64,000 bases of DNA from Cyanophora paradoxa CCMP329 (lineage: Eukaryota; Plantae; Glaucophyta). The position numbers and the translations under genes are program-made. Of this stretch, positions 25,273 through 38,577 are shown one piece after another. The notes beneath the pieces are model-generated. The model was given only the letters and a program-made list of their open reading frames with translations. It was not told the origin of the DNA and searched no databases. The stretch's first letter is position 1. The number at the start of each line of letters is the position of its first letter. Location of the stretch: NCBI GenBank assembly GCA_004431415.1, contig QPMI01000235.1:1-64000 (forward strand). The letters run 5' to 3'.

Positions 25273-27136
25273 ATGGCGGCAAGGGAGCGGCCTTCGAAGC
25301 GCGCGAGGGCGGAGCTCAAAGACGGTGCGGGCGTCGTGTAGCGCACGTGCACGCGCATTTCGCGTCGCACGCATGCCAACTTTCGCCCACAGCAGGGTCA
25401 TCGCCACCGGCCGCTTCCAATGCTCTGGAGACAATCGGGCTCTCGCTCGAGCGTCTACCGGGCGACCTGCTGTCGAGGTGCCGAGCGCCTGTCGCCCGCG
25501 CTCGACTCGGCGAGCTCAGGCGCCGCGCAGGATCGTGCAGCTCCTGTCGCTGAAGGAGGCGTTCCGATTGCGGGGTGTGAGCCGAGCGATCCGCGATGCC
25601 GTCGAGGAAACCGCCTTCGACGGCGCGAAGCTGGACCTGGACGCCATGCAGACGGAGGAGCTCAAAGGACTCGAGCGGCTCGTTCGCGACGGTCGGCTCA
25701 AGGGCGGCGAGCTCAGCGTCAGCGTCATGTGCAAATGCTTATGGACGCTCCCCAGCCTCGGCGAGAAGGTGGAGCAGCCGCTCCGCCTCCTCGCGGCGCT
25801 GGCGGGGCGCTGCAGGAGCGTGCGCGTCGAGTTCGCCGAGCCACACGCAGAGGAGCAGGTCTTCAACAGGCACATTGTCAGGGAGCGCGTCGAAGTCGTG
25901 CTCGACGCGCTGGCGCCGGGCGGGGCGGCCAGCCCGCTGCAGGAGCTCCAGCTGCACTGCAACAGCAAGCAAGCGTTCTATAGCTACGACCCGCTAGACG
26001 TCCTGACGATATTCGAGGAGTACCTGGCGCCGCTCGCCGGGCTGCGGTCCCTCCTGCTGCCCGATCTGCCCCTGAGCGTCGGCACGTCGGCAGCCATTGC
26101 GGCCCACCTCCCCGCGCTCCGCTGCCTCCAGTGCTTCTACGGGAAAGATCAGCGCGGAGCCCTCATGCGGCTCGGACCCCTGTGCTTGGAGCGGCTCGTC
26201 TTACACCCAGATCCCCGCCCGGTGGGTGGCCCCCTGACTTCTGGAGAATTTTCCTGACGTGAGTTTTCGATACAGGGCGACAACCCCGGCTTGCGCCTGG
26301 ACGAGCTCTCCGATACCCCCCTGGGGCGCTCCCTGCGCGAGCTCCATATCGAGTGCGTGGGCGGGTGTACCCCCTCCCCCTCCCCCTATTCCGACCGCTC
26401 GGGCAGGGAGACAGCACCAACGGCTTTTTTCGTACACGGGTACACGAGCTCGTCCTTTTCCGCGGACGACCTCGACGCGCTCGCCGGCATGCCGCAGCTC
26501 GAGGCCGTCACGGGCTACGTGCGCCCGTCCCCCCGCGGCGATGTCGAACTCTGCGTTCTCTGAGCGGCCCCCGCGCAGGTTGGTCTGACGAAAGATCTTG
26601 GTGGGGCGGTCAGCCGTGGGCTGCAGAGCCTGCTGCGGGCCCCGCGCCTCTCCGTCCTGCAGCTGTCCTTCTTTGGCGTCGATTCGTCCACCGCTTTCAG
26701 CGCGGCCCTCGTTGCTGCCCTCGCCGCCGGCCCGCTGCCTTCACGCCTGGCCCTCGACCTCCGAGTCTCCTGGTACAGCATTTCACAGATCGTCAACGCA
26801 GGAGCCGGCCCCATCCTGCGCGGCGTCGACGTCGACGTGACCTCGGCAACTGACGACGCTGCAGCCGCAGTTTCGGCGGCCCTCCTCCGCTGCCCCCGCC
26901 TCGAGAGCCTCGTCATCCGCGCCGATGTTCGCAGCACGATCGATGTCGCGGACCTCGCCGCCGGCCTGGCGCCCCTGGCCGCCCTCCCGCCCCTCCCCGG
27001 CGGCCTCCGCTTCGAGGTCACCGCGTGTGGGCGGCGGTCTGATGGGCTCGAGGAGCTCGCGGCGCGGGCAAAGGAGTCCCTGTCCGCCGCCCTCCCCGCC
27101 GCCGCATTCCACGCCCTTTTTCGTTTGCAGGGCTAA
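25273..27136 (+). CDS. Multi-exon F-box/LRR-like protein, copy 4
   Basis: Starts MAARERPSKRAR; F-box SLERLPGDLLS|RIVQLLSLKEAFRLRGVSRAIRDAV; same downstream exons. Confidence 0.7.
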
Positions 27137-27304
27137 TTGCTAGCCCTTTTCCTCGCATCGTTGTAGTTTTTTGACAAGTGACTGCGACTTTGCGCCGGAC
27201 TTTGCGCCGGACTCCGGACGTGCCAGACAGGGTCCAATGTGCGAGTGCACACGTGCACAGCCCCGCTCCTCGAGTATACGAGTACGAGTGTACGAGTGTA
27301 CGAG

Positions 27305-27444
27305 TGCTCGCGGCCCTCCCGCCCCGCCCCGGCGGCCTCCGCCTCGAGGTCGAAGCGCCGGGGGAGCTCGCGGCGCGGGCGAACGAATCCCTGTCCGCCG
27401 CCCTCCCCGCCGCCGCAATTCAAGTCCTTCAAAAAGAGGTTTAG
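27305..27444 (+). pseudogene. Orphan 3' fragment of the F-box/LRR family
   Basis: LAALPPRPGGLRLEV...LAARANESLSAALPAAAI matches the C-termini of the paralogs. Confidence 0.6.
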
Positions 27445-28004
27445 CCATGGAGGGACCTTTTCCTGAAGCTGATATATATTGTTGTATATAGACGTAGTTC
27501 TCTGATATGTGACTGCGAGTTAAGAGCCGGATCCGGATGCGACTTTGCAGACGTTTCAAATATGGCCATCCGGCTACAAGAGGAGATCTAGATATCGCTA
27601 ATCATCGATATTGATCATCGGATATCTAGATCTGACGTCGACTCCTCGCGATCAATTTCAGTTAACGTTAAAACCCGTCACGGCGTTGAGCGAGCTTGAA
27701 TCACATGAATCACAAGCTTGAAGAGCTGTATATCCACTGCAAGTCTTCGCAGGGCCGCGCAGTCTTAGCGTTGGCGCAGAGACGCACGAGGTTTGAAATC
27801 GCTCAAGCAATACAGCTACATAAACTAGGCTACATAAGAGGCCGACGGATACGGATTATGCAAAATTGAATGATTGCGCCTCGAGCTCCCGCCACGCCAT
27901 CCGGGGCGGCAGGCAGCCCTCGACGGGGGCAGGGAGGGGCTTCCGGAACCGTACATGTACAATTGCAACAAACCGACGAGACGGCCGCCGAGCGCAGAGA
28001 TGCG

Positions 28005-30448
28005 CTAGAGGCGGCGGCCGCCCTCGGGGGGGTACGGGGGCGTGGGCGTCCCCGTGCTGGGCCTCTCGAACCGGTCGGACTCGCGGTCGTACCCGTCCTC
28101 GCCGTAGCTGGCGAGCCGCGGCGAGGCCGGCTCGGAGCCGTCGGGGGGTAGGGCCTCCAGGAAGCGAACACACTCGGCGGCGCTGGGCCGCCGCGCGGGG
28201 GTCGGGTGCCAGCAGTCCCGCAGGAGCGGCGCCAGGGCGGGGTACGGGCAGTCCGCCAGCGAGGGCCTGCCGGGGCGTGAGAAAAGCAAAACAAGACGGC
28301 CTCAGACGAGGCGGCGGGGTAGGAGCGGAGCGCGCCTGAGCCCGTTGAACGCGGCCGCCATGCCGAGGGCGAGCGGGTTCAGCTCCCGAACGTCGTCAAA
28401 GGGCCGACGCAGGAAGACCACCTCGTAGAGCCTGCGCGGCGGGGGGCCGGGTCGGGGGGCGGCTGGGGAGGGGTACGGGGACGAAGATCGCTCACGTCAT
28501 GCCAAAGGCGTACACGTCCACCTGGTGGGGGGGGGAAGCGTCAGGGGGTACGGCGGGCGGGACGAGGGAGGGGCACGCGCTTTCTCGTTCGCGGGCTCGT
28601 TGCGGAGGACCTCGGGGGCCATGCACGCGAGCGTCCCGGACTCTGAGGGGGGGTACGGCGTCAATGCGGCGCCGGGGTACGCTTTTCCGCACGGACCGGT
28701 CATGCAGCGGGACTCGGGGAGGGAGCACGCAGTGCCGAAGTCCTGCGGGGGAGGGACCCTCGGTTTGGGGGTACGGGAGGAAAAGGGGAGGGGGGTACGC
28801 ACGCCGATGAGGACGGAGCCGTCGGCCGCGATGTAGAGGTTCGAAGTCTTCAGGTCGCGGTGCACGAGGGGTACGGGCAGCCCGTGCAGGTACGCCAGGC
28901 CCCTAAAAACAGGAGGGGGTACGAGTTGGGACCGGACTTCGGGCCGGGAGAGAAGGGGGGTACGCGGCACCTCGCGATGTCGAGCGCGATGCGGCGGATG
29001 CGGGGCCGGTCGAGGGGGCCGAGGACGGGGCTCACGGGGGGCACGGGTGCGCCGGCGGGGCCCCGCTCCCGCTCCGAAGGCGGCCCGGGCGCTACGGGGA
29101 GAGCCGAAGCCAGGGAGCCCCCCGGGCACAGCTGCGCCCCGCCGGCCGGTTCGGATCCGGGGGGGGGGGGGGGGGAAGAGAGGGAAAGGGGGTACCGTCA
29201 TGACGAGGGCGAGGGCGCGGCGGTCCTCGCAGACGGCGCGCAGGGCGACAACGTTCGGGTGCCTCAGCGGCCGCATCGACGCCGCCTGAGCGGCGCGCTC
29301 GGCTTTGGGGGGAGGGAGGGGGAGGAGCGGGGGGGGGTACGTGCGCGCCTCCTGGCGGAAGCGGGCGACCTCCTCCTCCGTGAACCCGCCGCCTCCCCGG
29401 TACAGGAATCGCTTCACGGCCACCTGAGGGGGGGGGGGAGGGGGGGGAGGAGGGGGGGGGAGGAGGTGTCAGAAAAAGGGGGGGGATAAGCTCTTCGGGG
29501 AGCGGTTTCCGCACCCACTGGCCGCGCCACTCGGCCTCGTAGACGGTGGAGGAGCCGCCGCTGCCGATGGCGCGCAGCAGGCGGATCTCGTCCAGCCGCA
29601 CGCGGGGCGCCGGCGGCGTGCCCGGCGGCTCCGGCGAGCCGGCGCCCGGCCGCGGGCGAGCCGACCCGAGCTCCGAGGAGCTGATGCTCCGGGGGAGGTA
29701 CGCGCGCCTCCGCTGCGGAGGAAGGGGGGGATTGAGCGCGGCGTGGCGGGGAGAGAGGGAGGGAAGGAGGGGTACGGCGGACCTCGGGCGCCTCCTCTTC
29801 CTCGTCCGCCCCCGAGCCCTCCCAGTCCTCCTCGTACTCCTCCTGTATCCGGGTAAGCGGAAGGGGGGAGGGGGGGTGGGGGGGGGGGGGGCGAGGGAAG
29901 AAGCGGCGCACGAGGAGGGTCTCGCTCAGGCGGGTCAGGGCGAGGGTGCGGGCGGGGCGGCGGCGGCGGCCGGAGCGGCGGCGGCGCGGGGGGAAGATGG
30001 AGCGCCCGTGGAGGACGGAGGTCGCCGCGAAGTCCGGAGCGTCCCTGGCCCCCGGCGCGGCGACCGCTGGGGAGCTGCTGCTCGTGGCGAGGGCCTTGCC
30101 GCCCCACAGCTCGTGCTGCAGGGGAAGCCCGCTCACGGTGCGGCTCGCCCGCAGCTGTGGCTGCCGCGGCGCCAGCGAAGGCTGCGCGGGAAGCGGCTTC
30201 GGCTTTCCGACGAGGGCTTGGCCTGGGCGGAGTGAGCCGCAAGTTGCGGGGCGGCGGGCGGGCGGGCGGGCGGGCGAACCGGTGAGCCAGTTGACAGCGG
30301 CGATCGGCGGCAGGAAAGAGACCTCGGGCATGCTGTGCTGGAGGTTCTTGAGCGTCCGCGGGGCCCGCCGGCTCCGCGGGCTGCGTCCGCCCTGCGACTC
30401 GTTCGGCGTCACGGGCCTCTCCAGATCCAGGCCGCCGCTTGCATCCAT
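28005..30448 (-). CDS. Multi-exon TKL (Raf/CTR1-like) Ser/Thr protein kinase
   Basis: Ordered exons give IGSGGSSTVY, VAVK, LRHPNVV, GLAYLH, HRDLKTSN, DFG, GTLACMAPE, DVYAFG and DCWHPTPARRPS; start codon tentative. Confidence 0.88.
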
Positions 30449-30926
30449 GGCTCCTGTCGATGCTGACAACCTCTACGCCGTGCACGTGTGCCGAAAAGAC
30501 TGGCGGGCACTCGACGGCTCGCGCCCGCTTCCGAAGCCCCGGCGCAGAGCAGCTCGGCTCCGAGCTGATTCAACTGCTCAGAAACAAACCTGCTCAAAAC
30601 CTGCTTCTGCTGCGAAACGCCCATCTGAGTGTCCTCAATGCAAATGCAGGTTCGGAACTCGCTTACCTGATCGGGGCGGGTCTTGCAATTGCTGTGCACG
30701 GCACAGCTGGACGGGACGCGCCGGCCCCATTGTTCGCGGGCTTGTGCCAATGTGCTTTCAGGTTGGGGTACAGACCGACTTCGTTCGCACTGCGCTTCGA
30801 ATGAACCGCCAGCTGGATGAACGTATGCGAAACACTTTCGGATCGCACGTACAACCCAAAAAGCTAGTGGCCACCGCGCCTCCCACTAGTGGCAGAGACG
30901 TAGCTAGCGGCCAGCAGCAGGCGGCG

Positions 30927-32850
30927 ATGTCTCACATGGACGCGGAAGCGGCCTCTCTGACACGGTTTTTGCCCAACGAGCTGGTGTCGGCAGTGCTCAG
31001 TTTCCTCGAGGTGGGCCACAGGAGCGTCGCGTCCGCGGTCTGCGTGCGATGGAAGCGCTGCGCCGGCGAGGCGCCGTTCTCGCCGTCGGCCTCCCTGACG
31101 TGAGCCGCTTTGAGTGCGCGTCCAATCGCCCATTTAGAGAGCGGTCCGCCGCAGTGTCGCCGTGGACGTGGAGGAGGGTGACCCGCGGCCGGAGCTCGAG
31201 CGCCGCCGGCGCGAGGGGCGCCTCTACAAGCCCCTCGGCCCGCGCGCCGCGGAGCTCGAGCCTCGCGCCCTCTCCGCGGCGGCGGCCGCCGCCGTCCTTC
31301 GTTCCCCAGCGTGCCGCACCCTCCACACGCTCCGCCTGACGGTCCTCTACGCCACGGAGCCGTCGGCCTCCAGCGCCGGCGCCGACGGCGACGGCTGCGA
31401 AACCGATGCGCTGTCCGCCCTCCTCGCGGCGGCCCCGAGCCTTCGCAGGCTCGAGCTCTCGGCGCCCTGCGAGACGGCGCGGGCCCTCCGCGCCGCCGCC
31501 TCCCGCCTGCGCCTCGCGGACTCGCTCCCGTCCCTCCGCGAGCTCTTCCTCACCGCCGAGGGCGGCGCCCTCTGCCCCTTCGACTCCGAGGGCCCCGTGC
31601 GTACCCCCCGGTCTTCCCCTCCCCCCTCGTTGCTGACCCGCCCCGGTCGCAGCCGCCGGCGCACCCCGCGCTGGAGGTCCTAGGCGCCCACGCGGCGCTC
31701 CCGAGGGCGGAGGACGCGCGGGGTACCCTCCTCGAGCGCCTCCCCTCCCTCCGTCGGGTACACTCTCTCCGGACCGAGTCTCCGGGCGCCCTCTCCGCCC
31801 TCGCCCGCGCCGGCGTCCGCGCCCGCTGCCTCAGGTGCGGAAGTACCCCCTCCCCGCTGCCTGGTACCCCGCGGCTGATCGCGTAACCCCCAGCGCCGTG
31901 GATGCGGACCTATCGGAGCCGGCCGCCGCCGCCGACCTCGCCGCCGTCCTCCGCCCCTCCGCCTTCGCCCCCGAGGCGCGCCCGTACCCCCCTCTCGAGC
32001 CCGCTGTACCCCCCCCCCCCCCCGCTGATTGCTGTATCCAGGCGGAGCCCTCTCGGCTGTACCTCTGCTCCTGCGCTCTCCCCGAGGCGGGCGAAGCGCC
32101 TTCCTTCGACGGTCTGGAGAGGTGTGTAACCCCTCCTCCTTCTCCCCCCCCCCCGGCTCATGTACCCCCAGCGTGTACGTCGCGTGCTGCACGATCCGAG
32201 AGGGCACCCTTCGCTGGCTCCTCGGTTCGGCGTACCCCCCCATTTCTGATGCGCGTACCCCCCTCAACGACGCTCCCGCAGGCGGCGCCCACGCGGCGAC
32301 GCTCGGCCGGTTCACGCTCAAGGCCGACCTCGTCGACGTCGGCCCCGGTACCCCCCTCGCCCCTCGCCCCCGCTCCGCCGCACGTACCCCGGCGCGGCGC
32401 CAACCGGGGCCCGGCGCAGCATGCCTCGGCGAGACGCTGGCGGCGCTGCGGCCGGCGGCGCGGGTGTCGGTGGGCTGGCCGGCCTCGTGGGGCGCGGGGC
32501 GACTGGAGGAGGCGCGGCGGGCCCTGGGGCCCCGCGGCCTCGAGTTCGACTGCCTACCCCCCCGCGGGCCCTCCCGCTACTTCTCCGTCTCCTCCCCGGT
32601 ACCCCCCGTCCTTCCTCCCCCCCCTGATTCCCTGGGCTTCGCGTTGACCTCTTCGTTCGCAGGAGCGCCCCAAGCGGCCGGCCGCCGGCCACAGCCGCGA
32701 CGCCGCCGCTTCGGATCGGGTCGTGAACGTGGCGGCCGTGGCGGGGGCCGAAGCCGGCGCCGGCTCCGGCCTTCCCGACGACATCGCGAGCCAGCTCGTC
32801 GCCCCTCCCCCTTTACCTTTTGAGAAACTAGATTTGGTTTTTTGAATAGA
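30927..32850 (+). CDS. Multi-exon F-box/LRR-like protein
   Basis: F-box FLPNELVSAVLSFLEVGHRSVASAVCVRWKRCA; LRRLEL and LRELFL motifs; 3' end approximate. Confidence 0.65.
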
Positions 32851-33299
32851 CAGCGCTAGCTCCAGAAGCGTTCGAATAGGCAGAAATGCTTGCGATACGT
32901 ATACAACATCAGACGATATCGGTAATTATAAGAACAATTCCGCTGCATGCGCATGCCAAGATGCTTCATTGAATGCTTTGTGAACATGTACGTACACGAC
33001 GGTCGACGTCGACAGTCCCAGGAGGCTTGCAATTGAAATAACTAGCAAATCGCGATCGGGGCGCGGCATCGAAGATAGACGTGGCATGGACGTATCTACA
33101 TCGTCGACAGGCGCCCGACCGCCCAGGCGGGGAGGTAGGGGGCGCGCAGGCGGGCGAGGCGGCGCTCGCGGGCCCCCCACGAGGCCGTTGCCTCGGGGCG
33201 GTAAAGGAGCGGCGAGTAGGCAGCCGCGCGGTCGGCCCGCGCCCGCGCCGCGCGCTTCGAGAGGCCGGCCACCTCCACCAGGCGCTGCGGAGGACGGAA

Positions 33300-35145
33300 T
33301 ATTAATCAGAAGGCTCAGCGGCTCAGAAGCTTAAGGCGGAGGCGAACCGCGGCGATGCCGGCGGGGGATACCGCCGCCGCGTCCTGCCCCCCCTCCGCGA
33401 TCAAATCCTGCAGGCACCCGAGCTGCGTGTGCCGCCCATGGCCAGGCTCAGAGGGGCGAGGGGCGGCGGGGGTACGTATACGTGCCAGGACGGCGTCCGA
33501 AGGCCCTAGGAGGCGATCAAGCGGGGGTACGGGGAAGCCCGGTGCGATGCGGACGTAGAGGTCGCCGGCCGCGAGGGCGCCGCCGTCCTCGCCGGGCCGC
33601 CGGCTCGGGCCCTCCAGGAGCCACTCCAGCAGCTCGCGCGGGGCCGGCGCCGGCGCGCCCCCCTCCGGCCACACCTGCAAGGCGGCCGTCAGGAAGCCGC
33701 GGGGGTAGAAATTTGAGAGGGGAAGGGCGCACATCGATCTCGAAGGCGGGACAGGCGGCGATGCAGGCGGCGAGCTCGGCGGGGTCGAGGAGGGCGTGGG
33801 CGCGCGCGGCGGCCCAGAAGCGGGGCCCGGGGCGGCGCCGGCGGAACTCGGGGGCGCTCGCTGCGCGCTCGACGGACTGCAGCAGGACGCGGAGGGGGAG
33901 CCGGGGCCCGGAGCCGCCTCGGGCATGGCTGAGGGCGAAAAGAAGGAGGGCAGTCGCGTGGCAGAGGCGCGCCGGCACCCTTTCGTTTGAATTTGAATTT
34001 TTCCGCGGCGCGGCCTCCTCCTCCGGGTACCCCACGGGCCCGGCGAACCGCAGGGCCCGCCCGTCGGGGGACAGCGCGAGTATCCCCCCCTCGAACTCCC
34101 CCCCCGGCCCCGGGGCCCGGAAGGCCCCAAGGGCGCGGCGGGCGGCGAGGAGGTCCTCCTTAAGGGGCGGGGCCGCCGGATCAAATTCGAAGTCGAAGTC
34201 GAAGTCGGCGTCGCGGGCCGCGCGGAACGCGGCCGCGACGGAGGAGTCCGTCGCGAGCCCCGTGGCGAGCACCTGCCGGCCGGCAATTTTATATATGAAA
34301 GAAAGTGACCTAGTCTTAAGCTTAAGAGTTATATACCTGCTGGAGGGCGATCTCGAGCATCGCGAGGGTGACCGGCGCCCGCCTCGGCTGCTCGTAGAAG
34401 GCCATCAGGGCCGCCGGCCACCCCGGCACCGCGAAGGCGACCAGGGCAAGGCGGGGCTTGGGCTGGCCCAGGAGCTCCGCCAGGCGGAGGAGGGAGGCCG
34501 GGTGGTACCCCGGGGACGAACAGAGGCCCCGGCGGAACAGGACCTCGCCGCCGCGGGGGGCGAGGAAGGGCGCGGCCTCCTCGAGGGCCCGGGCGCCCTC
34601 GACGAGGGCGGGGGCGTGCCAGCGGACGCCCGAGCCCTTGCGGGGGAAGCTTCTCTTGAATTTCTTCTCGAGCTCGCGCACCCGCCCCCTGCGCGCGCGC
34701 AGAATTAATATTTGATTACATTTCAGCGGAGGCGCCCGAGCTCGCGATCGATCGCGAGGCGCTCGCGAGAGGCGTCCGATGTCGATGTCAGCAAAGTATA
34801 TTTAATTTACTACTACATGTAGCGTGCAGAATTCTAATCGAGACGATTAATATGGGACACGTACGCCGAGAGGCCGTGCTCGTCGCCGACCTGCTGGAGG
34901 GTGGGGGGCCTCTCCTGGCCCAGCAGGCCCAGCCGCCGCAGGATCATGGACAGCTGCCGCGGCCCGCGGCCGGAGGTTAGAACGTGCTATATATAGCCAG
35001 CGCCCCGTATACCCATGGCCAAGTCACGGCCATATGCATGGGGGCTAGGGAGTATTTATCCCATGGACGCGGCCGGAGGCTAGAACGTGCTATAGCCAGC
35101 GCCACGTATACCCGGTTCATGGCCATGGGCATAGGGGCTGGGGAG

Positions 35146-35200
<55 letters not shown>

Positions 35201-36677
35201 TGTGGCCAGCGGACCCGGCCGCGGGGCGATGGGACGAAGGTTTCGAAGACGCTCCACGTCATGTCCTGCATGCAGGAGAGGAGGAAATCAAATGCGCCGG
35301 TCAGGAATATATTAGAGAGCTTCGAATTCGCGAAAATAGTGAAACGCGCCTCGAGAAAGGGCCCCTCGCGCTCGCGATCCTTTTCGATATCGCGATGTTG
35401 CTGGATATCGATATTGATTGCGAACGATACGTCAAAACGGCGCGAAACTTTCGATATTTGCGGGTGCGCGTGGGGCTGGGGCGCGCCTCGGCGTAGGAAG
35501 AGAGGGTGGCTATGGCGAGGTCGCGGTCCTCGACGGCGAGCGTGACGAGCGGGCCCGAGGTCCCCTGCGTATTAACCCGAATTCGAATCAGACATCGATA
35601 AATAGCTGAACGAAAGAGATTGCGGGGAAATCATTGATTTTGAATACCAACCGCTGCAATTTTGCAATCTAAATTGATTGAATCGTCGAATATTAATATA
35701 ATTACCCGCTGAAATCTATATATATATAGCTAAATGAAAACGCACTGCGGACAGGTCGAGGAGGCTGACGAGTTCGCGGAAAAGCATCCCGTAGCGGTAG
35801 TCGGAAGCGGGGGCGGATCGCCGCCCCAGGTCCCTTCGAAGCCTCCGCGCGAGCCGGGAAAACTCGCGGGGCGCAGTCTGCCGGCCGTGCGATCGATATC
35901 ATCTTCGGATCGGATCGGATCGGATCGGATCCGGAGGCCATGGCCAGGGCAGGCGGCGAATGTAAACTCGCGATCGTATACGTAATTCTTAGTTTGCAAA
36001 ATTGAACGCGCACCGAGCTCGAGCTCGAGGAAAGAAGAGCGGCCGCGTCGAAGGCGGCGTCGAGGGCGACGGCGAGCTCCTCCGCGGAGAGGTCCGCGAG
36101 GGCGCGGGCGGCCGAGGCGGGGTCCCAGCCCCTGGCCGCCCGCAGCGCGGCGAGGCGCTCGGCGCCCAGCGCCGCTTCGAGGCCCAGGAGCGCGATTGCG
36201 GGCGCCTCCTCGGCCGAGGCCTTCGAATTCGAGTTAGAGCTCGAGGCGCGGTGCGGGACGAATCGGCGGAGGCGCTCCGGCACGAAGGCCGCCCACGGGA
36301 CGCCCGCGGGGTCGTCGCGGTAGACGACGAAGCCGCTGATCGGAGCCGGCGGCGGCACCGGCTCCCGCGGCCGACCCGCCGAATTCGACGCGACGGGCGC
36401 CAGCGCCGGATTCGGAGCATCCAGCCGCGCCGAATGCGGGCGAGCCGTACGAGTGCACAAGCGGACGCCGAGCCAGTGCGTCGGCCGCGGGCGCTGCAGC
36501 AGAGATTCCATCGCGTCCCGTCTTAATGCTACGAGAGCGGCGGCACTATGGCTGACGCCTTCGAATTCAAGTGCCGCCGCTCTCGTAGCATTAACATTGC
36601 TCGAAGGCCCTCGCCACAGGCAAGCATTTGCGAAGCCAACGCCAACAAAGGCCGTGCCCGCGCCAGAACCTGACATG
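33300..36677 (-). CDS. Hypothetical multi-exon gene(s), possibly decayed
   Basis: Several minus-strand GC-rich, Ala/Leu-rich coding-like blocks (33517-34272, 34322-34681, 36000-36677) separated by AT-richer intron-like stretches; no family recognised. Confidence 0.3.
35150..35198. repeat. (TA)n microsatellite
   Basis: About 24 TA units. Confidence 0.95.
36523..36594. repeat. Perfect 25-bp inverted repeat with a 22-nt loop
   Basis: TTAATGCTACGAGAGCGGCGGCACT (36523-36547) and AGTGCCGCCGCTCTCGTAGCATTAA (36570-36594). Confidence 0.92.
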
Positions 36678-38023
36678 GTTCGACGCTGACCGGACCTGCG
36701 GCGCGCGCGCACATTATATTCAGCACGCCCGACGCCCCGGGCCCTCCGCGTGATCATGAGCTCAAGGCACCGCGGCGGGGCCGCGCTCTCTTAGTCGCCG
36801 CCGCACCGTAAGTCCAACTGCTTCGGTTCGCTTTTGTGTTCTTAAGCTTTACCGTACGCGCAGTACGCAGCGACAAGGTCGACGTCAAGGCCTAGCTGTA
36901 CATGTACCGGTCAGGACTGGATGCGGCGACCCCGGTCATAATGATCACGCACGTGCACCGCGCCTGTGCACGTGTGCGCGTGTCGCGCTCGCATCGCGAT
37001 CGGCTCTACTGACCGCGGTCGGTCATGCAGATCAGCAGCTGTCAAATTGTTTCGCCCAGTCGTCACGCGTCATTTTTTTGTCACACGAGGTGTACATAAA
37101 AACTTCAAACCGGTTCGGAGAGCAAAACAATTAAAGCAAGCTGGAGAAATCAGGGGTCGAGCACTATCTAGAGCTATATAGCTATAGGTTTAAAGAGGCT
37201 AATAAGCCGCCCGGTTTAGCGAAAGATGAAACAGTTCGGAGAGCTGTCATGATCAGAACAGTGCGAGCTGGCAACCCCGGCCCGGGATCCGCAGCGCTAG
37301 CTATAGCCGACGCTTGCTCGTGGCTCGAGCGAGCCTCGGAGGACTGCGGGGCGCTCACCGAGCATGCGCAGATCAAAAGCATCATGGCAGGCGCATCCTC
37401 TGCTGCGCTACAGCAGATCTAGAGCGCGGCCCCCGTCCGCGCGGCCGCCCCGAGCCTGGCGCCAGCCGCTCGGCCGGCGCCGAACGCGGTCGGATCCGGA
37501 GGCCGCCGGCCGCGGTACCGCCGAAGGCAAGCGAGGCCGACCTCAACAAATTCGTACTTCGTATACGGAGGTAGCGCCTGGCATGCCATGCATATGATGG
37601 TTCGACCGAACATGGATCGGATCGATGCTCTCCGAATTCGAACCCGCTCATGATCAGCAAGCGCGCAGCTGCGTAAACGTAGCTGCTTCGAATTCGCCTT
37701 AATTCGCGGTCTTTAATTCAGATTTGATTAGATATTGATCGATCGCGACCGTCATGATCAGCCGGTCGACGTCATTATGATCAGCACGCGGGTCATGATC
37801 ATGATCAACGTTTAACCATACTATGATATGCATGTGGATGATCCCACTAGCCCTTTCGTCAGCTGCGCATGCAGCATTGCGACCCGAGCCTGCAGTTGCA
37901 CGTGACTCGCAAGTTAAGAGACGTCGACGCAACGTTAACCGATGAGCCGACGGTATTCGTCAGCTGCAATCGACGTCATTTCTATTTTTTTGTCATATTT
38001 TTTGTCATACGAATTCGAATTCG

Positions 38024-38147
38024 AGGCACAATCGCAAGTTCGAATTAGGCACAATCGCAAGTTCGAATTAAATATTCCGAAAATTAAATATTTAGGCACA
38101 ATCCGGAAATTAAATATTTAGGCACAATCGCAAGTTCGAATTCGAAT
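38024..38147 (+). repeat. Short AT-rich composite tandem repeat (AGGCACAATCGCAAGTTCGAATT / AAATTAAATATTT)
   Basis: 3-4 copies of AGGCACAATC. Confidence 0.75.
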
Positions 38148-38571
38148 CTCGTTAACGTTTTGTTTCATTCGAGTTTTCTTCGACGAGTTGAATTCTACTT
38201 ATACTTCCCGATCATCGGGTAGTTATAAAGGGCCACTGACTTGCCGCGCGCGTCAGTTGGGTCCGGGGAAGGGCATTTAACCTCGGCGAATCCAATTGCA
38301 AGATCTAGATGCAGAGGGCAGCTGCAGGGACTTAAGTTAGCGCTTAAGCTTAAGAAGGCGCGCGCGCGGTGCACGTGGCCGGGCGCCGGCGAGCCGCCGG
38401 GCCGGCTCCGGCCGAGGCTGGCCACGCCAGGCGAGCTCAGCGGCTGTCCTCGCGATCGAGGCGAGCTGGCCTAGCGAGCTAGCTATAGCTCTGTAAGGCG
38501 CGGGCCTTGGGAAGAGGGAGGGAACCTTGTCTGGCCATGCATATGGACGTGCTCGAGCTCCTGCCAGGCTG

Positions 38572-38577
38572 CGCATG
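38572..38577 (+). repeat. Left target-site duplication CGCATG
   Basis: Identical hexamer at 60208-60213, directly outside the other TIR. Confidence 0.92.
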
